The notes beneath the pieces were generated by a model that saw nothing but the letters and a program-made list of their open reading frames with translations, was not told the DNA's origin and ran no database searches. A program made the translations under genes and the position numbers. From the human T2T-CHM13v2.0 reference genome, Homo sapiens, in assembly GCF_009914755.1 (NCBI RefSeq), contig NC_060926.1: a DNA stretch of 64,000 nucleotides, one strand, 5' to 3'. This document shows, piece after piece, positions 58,260 through 64,000 of this stretch. Every line of letters starts with the position of its first letter. Within the stretch, counting starts at the first letter, position 1.

Positions 58260-59057
58260 CCAGAACCGGCCGGGACTCTGGGCCATTGTTAATCCGAGAT
58301 CCCAGAGCCCTCTCTAGGATCGCTATTGCGCACGTGCCCCCTCTTGTGGTCAACTCCGCCAAGACACCTGGTGTTTTTTCCCGGTAGGTACTTGACAGTG
58401 TCATTCCTAGTGAATAAAGTAAGTCTTTTTTGCATATTCTCAAACACGCTTTCTTGTTTGTTTGCTTGCTTGTTCATGATGCCTAAAACAATCATAAATG
58501 GTTTTCAGGCACTATCCAAGACTGTGGAAACATAAGCGAGTGGTGGGTAGCTTTCAGTTAGATGTTAATACCTATGAATTGGGATTTCCTCATGTCTGGT
58601 TTCCAAGTGTTGTGGAGGCCACACAATATGTTGCTGTCCAACGCTCTCTAGTTAGCAATAGAGTGACCGTAAGTTTATCAGACTTGAGGCCCACAGCGGC
58701 TCAGTCAGTGATTTCTTACTCCACTCTTTCGTTGTTCCCTCAGTCGGAATCTGTGGGCAGTTTCCACCATGTCTGTGCCTCTGGCCTCTCTCAGCTCCCC
58801 TGCAGTGCTGGGAGTCAGGGCTGATGGCTGCACAGAGAGAGGTCTTCGTATTATCAGCTCTGGCTAGAGCTCAAGTTCAGAGCAGGACAGTGCCCTCCAG
58901 ATGATTATAGAGCAGAAAGACTGCCTCTTCTGTCTTCTCTAAATGGAGTACATTCTAGATTTTTATGAAATATTTGCATTCCAGTATTTATGGAATGATT
59001 TAAATTATTTTTCAAAACTGTATTGGAAGCTGTGTCTGAAGGCGAGGAGCAATGCTT

Positions 59058-59260
<203 letters not shown>

Positions 59261-61211
59261 TGAAGCCTGCGGAATTTAGGGCTTCACGTGGATTCGAGGG
59301 TCCCAGGCTGCCACCTCATCACTCAGCCTCCTTTTCTTGCCCAGTGCTCTGTGTTCTTTCTCTGGTCAGGAAATTCTCACACATTTTGGTCTAAAATGGA
59401 AGGAGTGTTGCTTCTTTCACCTGAGGATCAATCAATTTACAATTTTTGAGACAATAATTTACACTTAATTAAATCAAATCACGTTCATCATATTTGTCTA
59501 GAAATGATTTTATTCTTTTTATTTATTACAAATTGCCTCATGGCCTGACCAAACTTCCAGTGGATCACTTGCAAGAGCAAATTTAACTGTCAAATTTACC
59601 GTTACATTCATCCATTGAGTTATTGGTTTGAATTACTTTATATTTGACATTTGTTTGATTTCTTTTTATAGTTTCTTGTTCTCTGCTAAAATTCTTGATC
59701 TTGTCATAGAATGCATTCAGCATATAATATACTATTGTCCCAATATCCGCAAATTATTTTGGTCCCTTTCTGTTGCCTGTTTTTTTTCTCTCCATTTTGT
59801 ATGTTTGGGTATTGTTGATTGAAATCACACTATGTTTAATACACTTAATATCTATGTAGATTTAAACTGATACTTGCCCTACAACATTTTAGAAGCAAGT
59901 TTGGGCTCTGGAATAATTTTCACACTCCAGAGAGGATTTACTTCTTATTCTGCCAGAATGAAATGCTAGGGCTGTACCAAGTTAATGCCATCAAAGGACT
60001 GCAGTACTTTGGGCCTGGGTATCAGCACGGTGGTGCCTTGCTACTCCTGGTGCAACCTCCTCCCGGTATGTTTCCCTAGCAAGATTTCACCTCAAGACCT
60101 CGGTATGTGTCAGGATCCCTCCTTTTCTGCAGTCGTTCGGGACAGTTTTTCACCTGTGGCCATATGAGAGTTTTTTAAAGCTCTGATGGACTCCGAGGCC
60201 CCTTGGCCCCTCCTTTCTTTCAGATTTTCAGGACTGGGCCTCTATTTCTGAGCCTGCTTATGTCTCAAGGGACACTGAAGGCACAAAACTAGTGCTCCCC
60301 TGTCTATGCTTCCCTGCTTTTCTTGTCTCCTTGAAGACCTGCTGGGTTGTAATGTTTAATGCCCCATCATGGAGGTAGATGGGCCGGTTCCCTAATTAAT
60401 AATTATTAAGTTGAGGCCAAGAAAACTTGAGAGAGTGTTTATTGTTCCCACGAAGGATGCCTGTGTGGGGTGGGCACGAGCTGGTGCAGACCTGCCTGAA
60501 GAGGCAGAGTTTAGGCTTTTAGAGTTGGTAAGGGGAGAGAGTGAGAGAATGTTCTCCCTGTGAGCTGGAGGGTTGTGGGGAATTTCCTACCAGTGCTTAT
60601 AGAGATATGGGCAGAGAAAAAAGGAGGAGGGGCTTGGAGGATGTCAGGGATAAAACATCAAAAGTAATCAGACTCTCAGACATGGTGATGCTCTAATGCC
60701 TTCAAACACGTTTTCATATTTTATTCAGCTTTTTTTAGGTGTACCCAGAAGGTTGGTTCCACATAAGCCGTTCCACCATTTTACAGAAGTGGAAGTTGCA
60801 AAACAATTTTTAAATTATGAAATGGTTCAAATTTAAAAATATGGTGAGAAATATTATATATATAATTACCGGGTGGAGCAAAATAATGATAAATAATGTT
60901 ATCAAATGTTTACTATTTATAAACATTTTAAAAACATCTATTCAACTCTTATAATACCGTATGATGTAGCTATTCCTTTATTTTTTATTATTACAGATGG
61001 GAAAACCAAGCAAAGAAAGTTTAAGTAACGTCCTGAAAGTCACACAGCTGTTAAGTGGATGAGCCCAAATTCCCATCAAATGTGTGTGGTTTCGGTTCCT
61101 GTCTTTCATCATGGGATAAAGTAGTATCCAAAGGCCCTTTCTGAGGGGTTCATTAGATTTCCCACTTAGATGTCAGTCATTTTGACAAGAGAAAGGAGTG
61201 GATTGGTGTCC

Positions 61212-61540
61212 TCTCGCTGTCCAGAGTTCTCACACCGTGACAGGCAAGCTCCTATGTTGTTGACAGTAACAGTACGCTGCATCTTCAGCCTCCAGGCTGC
61301 TGATGGAGGGGATGAAATCAGTCCACCCACTGTCACTAATCCTGGCAAGGACAGCAAGGTGCAGGTCATAATTACTATAAATAGTAAGATTCAGAGCCTG
61401 ACCTGGTTTTTGTTGGCTCCAATTCAGGCAGCTACAAATATCGTCACAGCTTCTCAGCTGATGGTGGCCTTTCAACTTCTCTCAGGAAGCTTTGTCTGGA
61501 AGTTTTGTAAGTTTGGGCACGATAATGTTCCCGTTGACAA
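61212..61540 (-). pseudogene. V-kappa relic with heptamer CACGGTG (61239-61233) and a degenerate nonamer
   Basis: ttcag|TT GTC AAC GGG AAC ATT; LNWSQQKPGQALNLTIY...[21 protein letters not shown]. Confidence 0.82.
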
Positions 61541-61744
61541 CTGAAATGAAAAAAAAATCACATGAGAAATGGTGATGTAATTGAGGTTAAATACATCACA
61601 CTTCATGGTCTTCTCAGGTCACTCAAGTGTGTGAGTTCCCCGTGAGAAGTCACAATTCACAGATGCAAAAAAGCCCTCAGAACTCATCTTACAATGAGAA
61701 GAAAGGCTGTTTCCTCATCATGTGGGAGCCTCATAATTTCAGCT

Positions 61745-61941
61745 CCTAACTGTGAGCAAGGCATCTGTCTCAGACCAATTCCACTGAGTCAGGGTGAAGT
61801 CAGACAGGCGCATACACAGTAAGAATCGCAGGATACTAAACTGGGTTCTGCCAATACCAGGCTGAGTCACTGCTCAGCCCTAACTGATCAAGCTGTTTTT
61901 GGAGACCAGAGCCTGAGTCAGCACAGTGATTACTGTGACAT
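61745..61941 (-). pseudogene. Truncated V-kappa relic (FR1 to FR3)
   Basis: ttag|AT GTC ACA GTA ATC ACT GTG CTG ACT CAG (ITVLTQ); GCC TGG TAT TGG CAG AAC CCA (AWYWQNP); TCT GAG ACA GAT GCC TTG CTC ACA GTT AGG AGC (FR3-like). Confidence 0.55.
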
Positions 61942-62549
61942 CTAATTCAGAAATAGAACACAAACACATCAAATATTTTTCTGAAAATATAAGTGTTATG
62001 AAATGATATTTCCTAAGCTATCAAATATCTTAAGAAATATTTCCTTTATTTCTAATGCTTGTCCTTACTTCATGATATGCACAATTTCCCCACTCCAACC
62101 AGTATGTATTCTATTTAGATCATAAGATACGATTAGTGGTTATGTTTATGTTTGCCACTCAATATCAGCGGTATAGTACTCCAAAATCTCAAATTGCTAG
62201 AAAAGCATTGTATAAAATGTTTAAGTGAAGTGATAATTCACAAATAAACATGAATTTCAGATTTGTAAAAAGAAATGAAAACACAAATGTCCTAGTAAAG
62301 CAGGATAAAATACACTTTTCTACACACAGAGTAAAGGATAAAAATTATAAAGGGAAATATAGTTGCACATATAAGCAATTTTTAAAAATCAACTGCCATC
62401 GGCTGTGCAAACCTCAGTCCCATCAACTCTCTCACTGAAATATTTCTCAGGTTTATCTCTCTATCCCCTCCAACATCTCGATAACCACAAGGAGCCTTAA
62501 GAATGATGTTGCTCATGTTCTAATCTCTCATTGTCTAGTTTGATAAGTT

Positions 62550-64000
62550 ATGTTGACAACTGCACAATAAGAGTGATAAGATCAAAAGACTATTGAAGAC
62601 ATTTCAAATGGAAAAACTAAAAGTCAGTATCTCTCATAAATACAGACAAACATTCAAAAAAAAAAGGGAAGATTTACCTCTATCTCTCTCAGATAATCTG
62701 CCATGCCCAACTTGAATATATTTCAGAAGTGCAAGGTTATTATAACATTACATAATCAATCCATATAATGCATCACACTGACAGAATTAAGAACAATAAC
62801 TTTTATTATCTCAATAGTAGCTGAAAATCACTTGAAAGAAGTCAACAGCTATTCATAATAAAACTCTCAGCAAGCCTGGGATAATGAAAAACACCTTATT
62901 CTGATAAAGCATCTACAAATGATCCATCTTTAGAATTACTGAGGTTTAAAATTATTGAGAAGTCGTACAGGCAATTCTACAGCAAACATCTTAGTGATAA
63001 AATATTAAACATTTCACTTCTCAAATTATAAAAAATACTGAACCATCCACTATATGAAATCATAATGGAGGTCCTAAGACATGCAAAAATTCAAAACAAA
63101 TAAACAAACAAAACCCATGGAGTATGGAAATGAATAAGCAAAACATTTGTATTTGCTGAAAAAATTTGTACATAAGTTCTTAAAGAATCTAAAACTTAAT
63201 CACTAGAAATAGGTCTCTGCATACAATGTGGATTAAAGGAGATATAAATAAATAGCATTTTCTGTTCATAGAACAGAAGATTTGATATTGTTAAGAGTTA
63301 ATGGATGCAGCACACCAACATGGCACATGTATAAATATGTAACAAACCTGCACGTTGTGCACATGTACCATAAAACTTAAAGTATAATACAAAAAAAGAT
63401 TTCAGTTTTCTCCAATTTGATATATAGACTCAATGCAGTCCAATTAAAATCCCCAAAGGAATTTTTGAAATTGAAAAGGTGATTCTACAATTTACGTGGA
63501 AATTCAAAGGATGTAGAATAGCCAAGAAAATCTTAAGTCTAAAAATCTGGTATTATGTCTTCTGACTTTTTTTTCTTTATAATAAAGCCACAGTAATTAA
63601 GACTGTACTGTAAGCACAGAGATAGACAAAGAGTCAAGAAAAATATTATTTTTACACAATCATGAGATTTTTAAACACAGGCAATAGAGTGAGGTATATG
63701 TTTTCAATTGTTTTTTGTTTTGTTGTGTTTTGCTCTATTTTTGCAAGAAATGGTGAGGAGTTGTTGAGTATGAAAATAAAAATAAATAAAACAAGATATC
63801 AAAATAAAATTCTTGATCCACCTCACCCCAGGCAAAAAACATGAATTAGAGATAGACTGTAGCCTATATGTGAGAGGTAAAATAACGATGCTTCTTCAAG
63901 AAAGCATAGGAGCATATCTTTAAGCCCTTTGGTGGTAAAAATTTATTAAACAGAGGACACACGTAAATACACAAAACAAACACAGGAGAAAAAAATGACA
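62550..64000 (+). mobile_element. Old L1M ORF2 fragments with a ~100-bp L1PA 3'-end insertion at ~63295-63398
   Basis: Degenerate ORF2 motifs; gcagcacaccaacatggcacatgtat...aaaacttaaagtataat. Confidence 0.7.

Noticed and set aside
58190-58443. Poly-Ile ORFs on both strands
   Set aside because: Artefact of the (TAA)n microsatellite

Overview
Human (primate) genomic DNA from the proximal, J-C-side cluster of the immunoglobulin kappa V locus (IGK, 2p11.2). All V segments lie on the minus strand. In order: IGKV6-21 (open; non-canonical heptamer CACTGTG), IGKV1-22 (pseudogene), IGKV2-23 (pseudogene with GTG start and a ~203-bp FR3 insertion), IGKV2-24 (open; consensus 12-RSS), IGKV3-25 (pseudogene broken by L1) and IGKV2-26 (single +1 frameshift). 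Gene names come from recalled protein sequences and gene order, not from a database search. Between them are at least six further degenerate V-kappa relics (near 8.3-8.8, 26.9-27.0, 34.5-34.9, 56.6-57.2, 61.2-61.5 and 61.7-61.9 kb, possibly also 21.5-23.0 kb) that do not fit the seven human subgroups well. The rest is L1, Alu, LTR/ERV and DNA-transposon sequence plus old internal duplication blocks. I found no convincing new biological system. The best leads are a nearly intact, mosaic-looking V relic with an LTR7-family solo LTR inserted at its RSS nonamer, an L1 3' transduction, co-oriented CTCF-like motifs (one inside the IGKV6-21 promoter) and the uncompensated IGKV2-26 frameshift.
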